Shown here piece after piece: positions 37,450 to 51,409 of a DNA stretch of 63,937 nt (its first letter is position 1; every line of letters starts with the position of its first letter). The notes beneath the pieces are model-generated. The model was not told where the DNA came from. It was given only the letters and a program-made list of their open reading frames with translations, and did no database searches. The translations under genes and the position numbers were made by a program. The stretch comes from Chiloscyllium plagiosum (taxonomy: Eukaryota), in assembly GCF_004010195.1 (NCBI RefSeq), contig NC_057720.1:402031-465967 (forward strand), read 5' to 3'.

Positions 37450-37952
37450 TGCAAAGGGTCAGTGCTGAGGGTGTGCTGCACTGTCAGAGGGTCAGTGCTG
37501 AGGGAGCGCTGCACTGTCGGAGGGTCAGTGCTGAGGGAGTGCCGCACTGTCAGATGGTTAGTGCTGAGTGAGCGCCACACTGTCAGAGGTCAGTACTGAG
37601 GGAGTGCTGCACTGTCAGAGGGTCAGTACTGAGGGAGTGCTGCACTGTCACAGGGTCAGTACTGAGGGAGTGTACACTGTCAGAGGGTCAGTATTGAGTG
37701 AGTGCTGCATTGTCAGAGGGTCAGTGCTGAGGGAGTGCTACACTGTCAGAGGGTCAGTACTGAGGGAGTGCTGCACTGTCAGAGGGTCAGTGCTGAGGAG
37801 TGCTGCACTGTCAGACGGTCAGTACTGAGGGAGTGCCACTGTCAGAGGGTCAGTATTGAGGGAGTGCCACACTGTCAGAGGTCAGTGCTGAGGGAGTGCT
37901 GCACTGTCAGAGGGTCAGTGCTGAGGGAGTGCTGCATTGTCAGAGGGTCAGT
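37450..37952. repeat. 33-bp minisatellite, array 3
   Basis: Same unit and orientation as arrays 1 and 2; about 15 copies. Confidence 0.93.
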
Positions 37953-39845
37953 TAATGTACAGTGACTGTTGCCCTATCTTTGATTTGCTGCTGAAAGGAA
38001 TATAAAATGTAGCCACCTCCTTCTTATTAATGCTAGAGCCAATTGGTGGACACAGCAGCCAATCTCCTGCTTTATTTTGTCCCCATGTGACTTATATTTA
38101 TGTGGTATCAGACATAGATTCATAGTCGTAGAAATATACAGCACGGAAGCAGATCCTTCAGTCCAACTCGACAATGCTGACCAGATATCCCAATCTGACC
38201 TTGTCCCATTTGCCAGCACTTGGGCCATATCCCTCTAAACCCTTCCTATTCATATACCCAACCAGATGCTTTTTAAATGTTGTGATTGTACCAGTCTCCA
38301 TCATGGCAGCTCGTTCCATACACGCACCACCATTTGAGTGAAAACGTTATCCCTTATGTCCTTTGTAAATCTTTCCTCTTTCACCTTTAACCTATGACAT
38401 CTAGTTTTGGACTCCACCACCCAAGGAAGAAGTCCTTGGCTATTCACCCTTTCCATACCCCTCAAGTTTATAAACTTCTGTGGGATAACCCCCTCAACCT
38501 CCTGTGCTCCAGGCAAAAGATTCAGCCTCTTCACATGGAGCATGATGCTGGCCTCTCGGGGGTTCCTCTGTGTGTTTGCATGCCTTACACGGTTTCCCCC
38601 AATGTCTCTCTGTGAAACGTTGCTTCTGATACATTGAGCAGTGCAGAGCACGATCCCTGTGGCTGAGACATTCCTGGGCTCACACAACCTGTGAGTCACA
38701 TGATGAGGTGATGGTCCCCAGAGTGAACACATGGATTCATGGTGCGAGGTGACTGTGCAATCACTCTCGTTGCTGGATCAGTAATGTCCTTCAGGGAGAG
38801 GGGGTCCGTCATCCTGACCTGGTCTGGTTTCAGACCGTCTGAAATAGCCCTGACAGCCAATCAATTCAGGGGCAACTTGGGATGGGTAACAAATGGTGAC
38901 CTTTCCAGCAATGTCCTCACCCCAGACAGGAATTCTGAAAAAGCACTTGCATATCGTACTGCAATGCACCCTTCGTGTGGCATCAATGGGGTATTCCTCA
39001 AGATTGTCCAGAACTGCTTTTCAAAAAGATTTACTAAGTGAAAAGCAATGACCAGTTCCATCAGCCTTTCAGCTAAACTAGCTTCTCAATGAAATCACGT
39101 CCCATCTCTGGGCCAACATCTACTGACAGATCAAGTGACTGCATTATCCAACTGATAGTGAGGTGACACCAGCTCAGACTTGAGTTATCCAGAGGCTGAC
39201 TGAGGCATTAACCTGCTGGAAAATTGGTCAGAATCTTTGTGGAAATCACTTGAAATAGCAGAGAGTTTTATTGTTAATGCTTTGTTTCCCCCAGTGATGA
39301 GGATCTTGATTGACTGCATTTCTTGACCAGCTACCTGCTGATTTCTGTAGTGAAGGTTTATTCTTTCTTTGAACAATTGAAATTCTGTCAGAATGTCACT
39401 CGAGAGTCAATCCATGTTCAGATATTGCTTTCCCATTCTCACTGTGCTCTTTACAGATGTCTGCATCAAAGATCTGTTGTAATGTGCATTTCTCTCCCTT
39501 ATTCTGTGTCAGAGTAACTTCTTTTGATTCACTCCTTATTGGTACTTTAGAGAATGCTAATTCTTTTATTTTCTTTTTAGAAAGAAACAGCTGAGCAGTC
39601 CCTGTGTTTCTCAGAGTGGCATCACATGCTTCCTTTTTCAACCTTTGCATCAGTTAGGAAGAAAGTGAAGGAATGGGATGGACCGATGACTGTGTACGAA
39701 TAAGACAAAGTGTACACAGAACATTTTATTCAGGTGTCACTGACATGTTACTGTTTGTGGGATCCTGCTGTGCACCAATTGGCTGCTACATTTCCAACAT
39801 GAGAACAGTGTCCTCATTGTGTGGGAAGTATCTGGGAGTGTTTTG

Positions 39846-40048
39846 TGTCAAGAGTGTGTTGCTGGAAAAGCACAATGGAGCAGGAGAATCGATGTTTCAG
39901 GTGAAAGCCCATTCCTGATGAAGGGCTAATGCCTGAAACATTGATCCTCCTGCTCCTCGGATGCTGCCTGACCAGCTGTGTTTTTCCAGTGCTCACTTTT
40001 TGACCTAAATCGCCAGCAACTGCAGTCCTCACTTCCTCACTTTCTCCT
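39846..40048. mobile_element. PLE-derived foldback element (family A) with 13-bp TSD, inside a SINE 3' remnant
   Basis: TGGGAGTGTTTTG at 39833-39845 and 40049-40061. Hammerhead-like CTGATGAAGGGCTAATGCCTGAAAC at 39915. Confidence 0.8.
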
Positions 40049-41249
40049 TGGGAGTGTTTTGGCCTAGCGAAAGGTGCTGTGGAAATGCAAACATTACTTT
40101 TCTCTGCAGCAGTTAGGATTCCAGCCCCCATCACCACCCTCCCCCCCGCTCCCCCCCCATTGAAGGGGTATTGACCATGTCAGTGTCACACAGATACTGA
40201 GAACGGATTTTAGACCGCAATAGTGAATTAAATTATAGGGAGCATTATATGACACTATGTATTACAGCGAGGCAGAACTGTATATTATGGAGAACTGAGG
40301 CTGGATATTATATGTCTGCTCTTTCCCCACTCCTCGTCATTGTCCACACACAGGCGGTTTCACCTGGAACGGGGTGGGGGATAAGAGTTGGACACGTTTC
40401 CAAATGGAACACACCCTGAGAGGGTGTTGACCGTCTGACCCTGTCTGACACCCTGAAGGTCGTGGTTATACAGGGATCCAGAGATAGGAATTTGCAGGAT
40501 CGGAGTCTGTCAGGGAGACAGAATGTTCCAGAACTGCCTGAGCGGGGGCTGCACCAGAAGCTTGGGGATTTCTGTGGGTGTGTTTGTGACCAGAGCAAGT
40601 CACCCTGTTCAGGACAGACCAAAGACAGCTCCATGTGGGCGCATCAGAATAATTGGGCAGGATATCACAAAAACCAATGATATCCGTGCACAGCTTTCAC
40701 TCAGAGTGTCCCTGCCTTCACCCCCATACCCCCTCCATCCTCCACCCTGCAACTCACCATTCCCTACACCAGGACCTACTGAATACAGGAGTGACACACA
40801 GGGAAACAGGGCGAGGGAGCAACAAGGGGGATTGGGTGGGGGTGAGGGGGCAGCGAGGGGGGAGTGATAGGGTGAGGGGGCAGTAAGGGACTGAGGGGCA
40901 GTGAGAGGAGGGCGAGGGGAGTTGGAGAGAGTGATGGGATGAGGTGGCAGTAGGGGGCTGAGAGACAGCAAGGGCAGGCGAGGGGAGTGGAGGGAGCGAT
41001 GGGATGAGGGGAGCGAGGAGTAAGTAGGGCAACTGAAGGGTAGCGAGGTGGGGAGGGAGGAGTTTGTTAGGAGAGTTGGGGGGGAGAGTAAGGCAGTAAT
41101 AGGACCACGGTGGACAATCAAAGGAACAGCCTCTCTTTTTAACTAATGACAGTAAAGGATTGAGATAGAAAGAGGAAGAAATGAGAACAGAGTGGAGTGA
41201 AGTCGAGTTAAATTAGATCCAGAAAGAGGATAAAACAAAGCTGTCTCCT

Positions 41250-41660
41250 TTAGGGAGGGAAATCTGCCACCCTTACCTGGTCTGACCTACCTGTGACTCC
41301 AGACCCACAGCAATGTGGTTGATTCTCCATTGCTCTCTAACAAAGGCCTAACAAACCACTCAGTTATATCAATCACTAAAAGTCTCAAAGAAATGGAACT
41401 GGACAGATCACCTGACATTGACCTGGGAACCGGAAAAGACAACGACAGAAACAGCCCTGTCGACCCTGCACAGTCCCCCTCACTAACATCTGGGGGTTAG
41501 TGCCAACATTGGGAGAGCTGTCTCACAGACTAGTCAAGTAACAGCCTGACACAGTCATTCTCATGGAATCATACCCTACAGACAATGTCCCAGACACCAC
41601 CATCACCATCCCACTGACAGTACGGACCAGCAGAGGGGGCGGCACAGTGGGATACAGTCC
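41250..41660 (+). mobile_element. L2/CR1-group LINE 5' fragment, near-copy of about 8870-9285
   Basis: Same 5' module and the same NIWGLVPTLGELSHRLVK*QPD segment. Confidence 0.75.
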
Positions 41661-44600
41661 ATAAGACCATCAGATATAGAGGCATAGGAGGACCTTTGGA
41701 CCATGGAGTCTACTTTGCCATTTGATCATGACTGATGTGTTTGTCAACCCCAATCTCCTGCCTAATCCACATAACCCTTGAACCCCTTCCTAATCAAGAA
41801 TTTGTCTTAAACTCACTCAATGACTTGGCCTCCACAGCTCTCTGTGGTAATGAGTTCCACAGATTCACCACGCTTTAGCTGAAGAAATTCCTCCTCGTAG
41901 AGTCATAGAGCCATTCAGTATGAAAAGTGACCTTTTGGCCCAACTTGTCCATGCTGACCAGAATTCATAAACTGAACTCATCCTATTTGCCAGCACCCAG
42001 CCCATATCCCTCCAAACCCTTCCTATTCATACACCCATCCAGGTGCCTTTTCAATGCTGTAATTGTACCAGCCTCCACCACATCCTCTTGCAGCTCATTC
42101 CCTACACGTATGACCCTCTGTGTGAAAAAGTTGCTCTTTAGGTCCCTTTTAAGTTTTTCCCTCTCACCTTAAATCTATGCACTCTAGTTTTGGACTCTGT
42201 TACCCGGGAGCAAAGCCTTGTCTATTTACCCCATCCATGCCCCTTATGATTTTATGAATTTCTATAAGGTCACCCCTCAGCCTCCGATGCTCCATGGAAA
42301 ATAGTCCCTGCGTATCCAGTGTCTCCTTATAACTCAGTAACATTGTTGTAAATCTTATCTGCACCCTTTCCATTTAACACCATGCTCCCTATCGCAAGAC
42401 AACCAGAATTTTATACAGTATTCCAAATGTGATTGGACCAATGTCCTGTACAGATGGAAGATGATGTCCCAACTCCTGTCCTCAATGAGCTCCTATACCC
42501 CTGTACCCATTCTCACATTCCAGTCACTTCATCCAAACTATCAACATCTTTTCGTCACCAGCATCCCTCCCACTCCCCTATACATGCTGTTCTCTCCACA
42601 CTTCACTTCAACTCTGATGAAGTCATCTAGACTCGAGACATTAGCTTGCTCTCTCTCCATAGATGCTGCCTGACCATCTGTGATCTCCAGCATTTGTTGT
42701 TTTCAGTTCAGATTCCTGCATTTGCAGTAATTTGCTCCTACATCCTGTACTCAATACACTGACCGATGAAGGCAAACATGCTATTGCCTTGGTTACCTCC
42801 CTGTCCACCTGTGATGCCACTTTCAAGACACTATGTCCCTGAACCCCTGGATCTCTCTGTTTGACAACACTCCTCAGGGCCATACCATTAGCTATATAAA
42901 TCCTGTCCTAGTTTGTCTTACCAAAATGCAACACCTTGCATTTATCCAAATTAAACTCCATCAGCCACTCATCGGCCAATTAATCCAATTGATCAAGATG
43001 TCTTTGTGCTCTTACATAACCTTCTTCAGTGTCCACTATCCCACCAATGTTGGTGTCATCTGCAAAACTACTAACCATGGCTCCTATATTCTCATCCAAA
43101 TTGTTTAGATAAATGATGAACAACAGGAGGTCCAGCTCCAATCCTTGTGGCACACCACTGGTCACAGGCCCCCAGTCTGAACAATGATCCTCTGCCTCCT
43201 ACTGTACAGCCAATTTTATATCCAATTGGCTAGCTGTCCCTGGATCCTATGTGATCTAACCATACTGACCAGTCTACATGCGGAACCTTGTCGAAGGTCT
43301 TGCTAAGGTCCATGTAGACCCTGTCCACCGCACTGCCCTCATCTATCCTCTTGGTCACCTTTACAAAGAATCGATCAAGTTTGTGAGTCACAATTTCCCA
43401 CACATGAAGCCATGTTGACTATCCCTAACCAGTCCTTGCCTTTCTAAATGCATGTAGGTGCTGCCTCTCAGACTCCCCTCCAACAACGTACCCACCACTG
43501 ACATTAGGCTCACCAGTCTACAGTTCCCAGGCTTTTCCTTGTAGTCTCCCTTAAATAATGCCACACATTAGCCAGCCTCTGGTCCACCGACACCTCGCCC
43601 ATGGCTATCAATGATACAAATATTTCTGATAGTGACCCCGAAACTTCATCCCGAGCTTCCCACAATGTCCTGGGATGCACTCGATTATGTCCTGGGGACT
43701 TACCTACCTTGAGAGCCCCAGCGTCTCGTTTTGTGTAATGTGGACTCTTTTCAAGGCATCACTATTTATCTCCCCGAGTTCCCCAGCTTCCATGTCTTAC
43801 TGCACATTAAATGCTGATGGGAAATATTCATTTAGATCTCACCCATCTCCTGTAGTTCCACACATAGACAGCCTCATTGACCTTTTAGGGGCCCTATTCT
43901 CTCCCTGGCTGCTCTTTTGCCCTTAATATACTTGAAGAATCTCTTTGGATTCTCCTTAACCTTATCCAACAAAGCTATCTCATATCCCCTTTCTTCCCTC
44001 CCGATTTCCCTTGTACGTTTACTCCTCCTCCCCCTATACTCCTTGAACCATTGACTTGATCCCAGCTTCCTATACCTGAGATATTCCTCCTTTCTCTTGA
44101 TCTGAGAGTCAATATCTCTAGGCATCCAGTGTTCCCTACTCCTGCCAGCCCAGCCCTACATTCTAACAGGAACATGACGTCCCTGGACTCTCATTATCTC
44201 TGTTTTGAAAGCCTCTCACATGCCAGACATCCCTTTACCTTCCAGCAGTTCCTCCAATCAATGTCGGAATTTCCCGTCTAATACCACCAACATTGACTGT
44301 GACACATTCTAGAACAGGTCTATCCTTTTCCAGCACTATTTTAAAACTAATAGAATTATGATTGCTAGACCCAAAGTGCTCCCCCACTAACACTTCAGTC
44401 ACTTGCTCTGCCTTATTTCCAAAGAGAAGGTCAAGTTTTGCTTTTTCTCTAATAGGGCCATCTACATATCGATGAAGAAAGTTTTGTTGAACACACTTAA
44501 CAAAGTCCTCTCCATCTAAACCCTTAACACTATGGCAGTCCCAGCCTATGTTTGAAATGTGAAAATCTCCTGCAAATACAACCCCCCTATTCTTGCAGCT

Positions 44601-47405
44601 ATCTGCAAACTCCCTACATATTCAATTTCCCACTCACTATTGGGGGTGTCTACAGTACAATCCCAACAAGGTGACCATCCCCTCCTTATTTCTCAGTTAC
44701 ACCCATATAGCTTCACTGGACAATCCCTCAGGAATATCCTAAGTACAGCAGTAATACTTGCCTTAATCAAAAACGCCACTCCCCCTCCTCTCTTGCCTCC
44801 CTTTCTATTCTTCCTTTAGCATCTAAACGCAGTTTTCCAAAATTCCCAGCCATACTCTTGCCTGCCTTGTCTATTTAACTTGCTCTCTTTTAATTCTCTA
44901 GGAGAAAGTGAGGGCTGCAGATGCTGGAGATCAGAGCTGAAAATGTGTTGCTGGAAAAGCGCAGCTGGTCAGGCAGCATCCAGGGAACAGGAGAATCGAC
45001 GTTTCAAGCATGAGCCCTTCTTCAGGATTCCCGATTCTCCTGCTCCTTGGATGCTGCCTGACCTGCTGCACTTTTCCAGCAACACATTTTCAGCTCTTTT
45101 AATTCTGTACCAGCCTCAATGTTCGCTCTTGCCTCGCTACTATTTACAGTCCACCCCCTGTCAGACTACTTTAAACTCTCCCAAGGGGCTCTGGCAAATC
45201 TCCCCTCCAGGATATTTGTCCCCCTCCAGGTGCAACTCTGTCCCTCTTGTAGAGGTCACCTCTACCCTAGAAGAGATCCAAATGATTCAACACTCTGAAT
45301 CCCTGCCTCCTGCACCATCTCAATTATAGAGTCAAAGAGTCATAGAGATGTACAGCACAGAAACAGACTCTTCGGTCCAACTCGTCCATGCTGACCAGAT
45401 ATCCCTAACGTAATCTAATCCTATCCTAACCTAATCCAGTCCAATATGCCAGCATTTGGCCAGTTGTCCCTTCACCCTGAGGCTGTACTGTCAGGTCCTA
45501 GTCTCTCCTAGTCTCTCTTCTCCATGTCCATTCTACCCAGGCCTCTCAATATTCTGTTACTTTTAATCAGACCTCCCCTCATCCTTCTAAACTCCATTCA
45601 GTGCAGACCCTGAGTTCTCAACCCCTCCTCATACAACAAACCCTTCATCCCCAGGCTCATTCTTGTGAACCTCCTCTGGACCCCTCTCTAACACCAAAAC
45701 ATCCTTCCTTAGATACAGAGCCCAAAACTGCTCACAATCTTCCAAATGCAGTTTGACCAGAGTGTTATATAGTTTCTCTTGAAATGAATTGCTAATATTG
45801 CAATTGCTTTCCTAACTGCCAACTGAAACTACTTGTTCAACTTAAGAGAATCCTGAACTAGGACTCCTAAGTCATTTTGTGTTTCAGATTTCCAAAGCCT
45901 TTCCCCATTTAGAAAATAGTCTCTGCTTCTATTCTTCCTAAATATCAAAACCTCATTCTTTCCCACAATGTATTCAATCTGCCACATCTTTGCCCACTCT
46001 CCAACCCCGTCCAAGTCTTTCTGCAGTCTCCCAGTGTCCTCAACACTACCCGTCCCTCCATCCGTCCTTCAACCTGTCTTTGTGTCATCTGCAAATTTAG
46101 CAACAAAGTCCTCAGTTCCTTTATCCAAGTTGTTTATGTATAACGTGAATGGCTGTGGTCCCAACATTGACCTGATGGAACTCCACTAGTCACCTGTTGC
46201 CATCCTGAAAAAGCCTTCTTTATCCTTATTCTCTGCCTTCTGCCAGTCGGCCAATCCTCTATCCATGCCAGTACCGTGCCCCTGACACCACAGGCTCTTT
46301 TTTTATTTCACAGTCTCCTGTGCAGCACCTTGTCAAAGGCCTTCTGAAATCCAAATACACTATGTCCACTTGCTCTCCTTTATGTAACTTGCTCATTATC
46401 TCCTCAAAGACTTCCTCTTTACAGTTGGGAGAGAGTTGACCTGTGAGCTCTCAATGTTGATTCTGGACACCATGATGTCTCATGGCTTTAGGTTAAACAT
46501 GGGCATGGAAACCTCCTGCTGATTACTGCATACCCTCCTCTCTTGGCTGATGAATCAGTACTCCTCCATTTTGAATAACACTTAGAGGAAGCACTGAGGG
46601 TGGCAAGGACGTAAAATGTCCTCTGGGTGGGGGATTTCAGTATCACTGATCGAGCTGGTCGGGTCCTAAAGTACATAGCTGCTAGACTGGATCTGCGGCA
46701 GCTGGTGAGGGAACCAACAAGAGGGAAAAAACATAGAACATAGAACATAGAAGAATACAGCGCAGTACAGGCCCTTCGGCCCTCGATGTTGCGCCGATCC
46801 AAGCCCACCTAACCTATATTAACCCACTATCCTCCATATGCCTATCCAATGCCCGCTTAAATGCCCATAAAGAGGGAGAGTCCACCACTGCTACTGACAG
46901 GGCATTCCATGAACTCACGACTCACTGAGTAAAGAACCTACCCCTAACATCTGCCCTTTACCTACCACCCCTTAATTTAAAGCTATGCCCACTCATAATA
47001 GCTGACTCCATATGTGGAAAAAGGTTCTCATGGTCAACCCTATCTAAACCCCTAATCATCTTGTACACCTCTATCAAGTCACCCCTAAACCTTCTTTTCT
47101 CCAATGAAAACAACCCCAAGTGCCTCAGCCTTTCCTCACACGATCTTCCTACCATACCAGGCAACATCCTGGTAAACCTCCGCTGCACCCGATCCCTCTG
47201 CTCATCCACACTACCAAGTATCTGACCATTAGCCCAGTACCCCATCTTTTTGTTATTCTTCCCAAAGTGAATCACCTCACACTTAGCTACATTGAATTCC
47301 ATTTGCCACCTTTCTGCCCAGCTCTGCAGCTTCTCTATATCCTGCTGTAACCTGCCACATCCTTCCTCACTGTCAACAACTCCTCCGACTTTCGTATCAT
47401 CCACA
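41660..47405 (-). mobile_element. Cluster of stacked minus-strand CR1 fragments (longest about 41895-45310)
   Basis: TSGVPQG...SSFADDT, several CR1 3' tails (CTATGACT, CTATGTT) and ORF2 motifs with stops. Confidence 0.82.
44898..45093. mobile_element. PLE-derived foldback element (family A) with 13-bp TSD
   Basis: CTCTTTTAATTCT at 44885-44897 and 45094-45106. Minus-strand hammerhead core at 44998-45025. Confidence 0.85.
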
Positions 47406-48403
47406 TACGTGACCTCCTCCTTACCAATCTGCCGTCTGCAGATGTATCTGTCCATGACAGTATCAGTAAGATGTAACAGACCTCTGAGGAAGGAAATGTC
47501 TGATTTTAGTCCAAAATATTTGCCCTCTTACCCTAAGACTCTGACTGACCTTTATAATTTCACAGCTGCATTATTTATCCTCCACTGGGTTTTCCTCAGC
47601 ATTCAGCTCTTAGTATCTGGCATAAGCTTCTCGCTATTTTTATATTCTACGTGGTGCTCTCTGACATCCTGGGGCTCTGGATTTTGCCTTCCCAGCCTTC
47701 TCTTTGTTGGAACATCTTTGTTCTGAAGCCTGTCTCATATCCCCCTCCATTGCCTCCCACTGCTCTGACACAGATTCACCTTCTAGTGGCTGTTGCCCGG
47801 CCACTTTTAACAAATCACATTTCTGTTTAATACAATTGGCCTTTTCCAAATTCAAAACCATTACTCCTGTCTGTCTTTGTCTTTCTCCATAATTACACTC
47901 AACCTCAAATTCGGATTTCCCACTGCTCCAGCTTCCACTTGGGCCTAATCCATTCCCAAAGTCTAAACCCTAAACCATTAGAACATTACAGAAAAACCTC
48001 CTTACACTGAATCTCCAACTTATCACTTCTGACAATCTGCCAACTCAAAATTGTTAATTTATTCATTCTTTTGGTTTTCTGCCCTCAAACAAATCCTTAA
48101 TTCCTACTCTTGTACAGTCCTCTATTCAATTAACCCCAATCTTCTGTGGGTTATGACACGAGTCATAACCAATTCCACACAGAATTCAGCTGGATCATCA
48201 GCCTCTCAGATAAACCCACTTCTGCAGATTTCAATGTAATGTCACCCTCGAAATCTCCAGGCCTGTAGCTGGAACTGTGACTGAGAGCTGGGGAAAATCA
48301 GAAAAGAACATTGTCTCCATGTAGCTTTGAAAGTTAAGTTAATTATCAGAAAAAAAAGGCAAAACCATTGAATGTGCAGCAACAAGAGTTGGTGTGGACT
48401 TAC

Positions 48404-48892
48404 ACTTGTCTCAGCAGGTACCCCAGGACCAAACTCCACCCCAGTAGCTGTGGTCTTTGGGTCTTTATCTTCGTATTCTGTGATTTCATAATAATATTCA
48501 TCCTCGTAACGCTTGGTGTCATATTCATTGGGGTCGTATTCTTCAACATCATATGCTTTGAATTCCTGGTCATTATCACTGGTCCCTTTGGTGGAAGTAA
48601 CTTTGGCATTGTGCCCAGTGGGGTCCTGCCCAGTGGGGTCCTGCCCAGTGGGGTCATGCCCAGTGGGGTCTTGCCCAGTGGGGTCCTGCCCAGTGGGGTC
48701 CTGCCCAGTGGGGTCCTGCTCTTTCTCATCATATTCCTTGTCATCATATTCACCAGGATCATACATTTTGAAATCGTACTCATTGAGGTCATACTCATTG
48801 AGGTCCTGTTCATTTTCGTCAGTCACTTGCTTTTCAATATGATAATCCTCTCCGGTCAGATATTCATCTTTATAGTCTTCTTCAAAGTTTGT
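48404..48892 (-). CDS. col11a1: Collagen alpha-1(XI) exon 8 (acidic variable region), 489 bp / 163 aa, TNFEEDYKDEYLTGEDY...EFGPGVPAETS
   Basis: Acceptor AATTAG|ACA, donor AGT|GTAAGT, open frame throughout. The motifs EYLTGEDY and EFGPGVPAET are characteristic of COL11A1 exon 8. Confidence 0.87.
48614..48718 (-). repeat. Coding 15-bp tandem repeat x7 in exon 8, encoding (Q/H)DPTG
   Basis: Plus-strand unit CCCAGTGGGGTCCTG, seven copies, two of which carry a single substitution. Confidence 0.95.
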
Positions 48893-50186
48893 CTAATTGT
48901 TGCCCGAGTGAAGTTCAGAGTGTTTGGGAAATGAGAATGAAATGAGCATTGTGTTAGCAAAGCCGAAGCTGAATTTTACCGTACGCTGCATTGCAAAATA
49001 ACCCAAGAGGTGGTGAAGGTCACACTCAGTGGCTCTTGAGTGAATTGGGATAATCATTTCCTGAAGGAGAGCTGAATGAATCACTGTCTTTACTGCATCA
49101 GGAAGTGGGCTTATTATTTTGAAAAGAACATTTCTATAAAATAGCAAGACTGTATCCAGAAGTCAGTTATATAAACTAAAAGCAATTATTCATTATTACA
49201 GCTTGAAATGAATAAGGAAATGAAGAGGACATTTCCTCTGACATCATCACCTCTGGGAAACCTTTGCAAGCAATCGTCAGCATAGAGATAGCGACTGGAT
49301 CAGAACGTTTAACATGACTTTGCTTTGTTTCATTTCAGTTATTTCGGAAGGTTCAAAGACTTAAAATTTTAAAACTTATCAGATGGAGTTTGATAAACTC
49401 TCTTGACCACTTGCTGTTGTCTTGTTTAATCACAGGGATTGTAACTACTGACTTTCTGGAATTCTGGGAACCTTCTATAGAACTGGGACAAAGAGTGTTT
49501 GGGGACTTACAGAGGAACAGAACTCAGTTTGAATTTTGATCAGTTGATGGTTTTGTGGATAGGATGAGTTGTGGAGGGGATGGGACGAAGTTTGAGTGGA
49601 ACAGAAACCCTAGCACAGGGCAGATGGGCTGAATGACCTGATTCTGTGCTGGAAACATTCTGTAACTATATCAATGAACAGGACAGAAGTGAAACTCCAG
49701 AAAAACCTAAAACCATGCAAAAAAATTCCAAAGAACTGTGGATACTGGAAATCAGGAACAAAAGCAGAAATTGCTGGAAAAACTCCAAAGTGAAGAAGGA
49801 TCATTGGGAGCTGAAACATTAACTGAGATGCTGTTTCTAAAACCGTGCAGTTTGATACAATCAAAGCAAATCTCATCTAGATAAGCTCCAGTATGAAGGA
49901 CTAACTCAGTACCAGTCCAGGCTTTGTCAGTATCGTGATGATGCTCACATTTATGGGACTGTTCCAGCTGCAATGATAATGTCAGTGTGAATAGACTGCA
50001 CATTCCATTGCTGGGTGAGTCTGTAACAAGGGACATTAGTTTCAAACCAGGCCAGTCAGGGGCCTGTCAGGATGAACTTCCTCAGGCAGAAGGGGGACTG
50101 TGGATCTAAAACTTTTTCCCTCATTTCTAGGGTCAAATGAATGTAGAATTTGATGGATTCTGATTTGTTAAAGGCTTTAACAAAGG

Positions 50187-50455
50187 CAGGGATGGCATAG
50201 TGGCTCAGTGGTTAGCACTGCTGCCTCATGGTGCCAGAGACCTGGGTTTGATTCCAGTCTGGGGTGATTGTCTGTGTTGAGTTTGCACTTCTCCCTGTGT
50301 CTGTGTGGGTTTCCTCCCACAGCCCTTGGCTAGGTGGATTGGTTGTGCTAAATGGCCCATAATATCCAAGGATGTATAGGCTAGGTGGATTAGCCATGGT
50401 AAATACAGGATTAAAGGGGCAGAATGGTCTGCTTCCACACTGTGAGGATTCTATG
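50187..50455 (+). mobile_element. HE1-type SINE, older internally deleted copy
   Basis: TGGCTCAGTGGTTAGCACTGCTGCCTCA...GGTTTGATTCC head and a CCACACTGTGAGGATTCTATG tail. Confidence 0.8.
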
Positions 50456-51310
50456 AAAATGGGAGAGGAGGAGTTTTACTGAAGCTTTGATACTTCCTGC
50501 TTGATGGGCCAAAGGACAGCTTCTGTACTGGGCGATTCAGAGGTTCTTTATGTCATGTGGATAAGGTTAAAAACAGGTCAGCCACGGTCAAGTTAATGCT
50601 AGAAAAGGTTCACAGAGCTCAGTTAACTTCCTGTGTTCCAGATGTCTCAACAGGAAATGGTTCAAATCATTCAGACAGCAGAGCTCAATAGAGCCCAGTG
50701 GAAGATGCACTAAATCAAACAAAGTCAAATCAATGTTCAAAATTCTATCCTGAAGCATTATCTCTTACTTTGATTCACATTTATCATCATGTTAAATAGA
50801 ATCAGCAATTTCTGAAGAAAGCAGAAGCAAAATGAGTGGATTTACCTCAAACAAATTGATCAATTTGTCATTCACCAAATCCAATACAAACTGCATTTTC
50901 TCAAAGATTTTGTAAAAATGCTGAAAATTCATGATGTTATTGGCAAAAGAAACTAAAATGCTGAAGAAAGATTCGGGTTGAGAGCAGTTACTTCCGGATG
51001 TGCCTCTCACACTGAGTAACTCAACAACTCACAGTATCTCCTCCTGTGAGATACTGGGGCACAGTCCATAACTGCAGACTTTCATTTGGCCACTTACAAT
51101 CTCCATCACACTCAGCACAGGGTCAGCTTTATGTCTGAGAGTCTTTCTCTGCACTTTGGAACCCTCACAAGCCTGGACATCAACCTCTCAGCCAGAAAAA
51201 GACATTAAGGTTAATGTAAACCAGCTAAAGTTGGAAATGGAACGAACTGAGTAAACACAAACCAGGAGTAAAATTCTTTGAAAACCACAACCCTCACAGT
51301 TTCCTTTTAC

Positions 51311-51409
51311 CTCGTTCGCTTTCTCTCGAGCTGCTGAGCTGGTCGTTCCTTCATATGTTTCATAGTAATATTCCTCTCCTGTCTCCTCTGGCAGCACATT
51401 GTTCACAAC
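51311..51409 (-). CDS. col11a1: Collagen alpha-1(XI) exon 7, 99 bp, VVNNVLPEETGEEYYYETYEGTTSSAAREKANE
   Basis: Acceptor ATTCAG|GTT after a T-rich tract, donor GAG|GTAAAA, phase 0-0. Size and the terminal NE resemble human exon 7. Confidence 0.82.

Noticed and set aside
48368..48934. Plus-strand hydrophobic or Cys-rich ORFs (VLPSG / GSCPV repeats)
   Set aside because: Antisense shadows of the exon 8 repeat.
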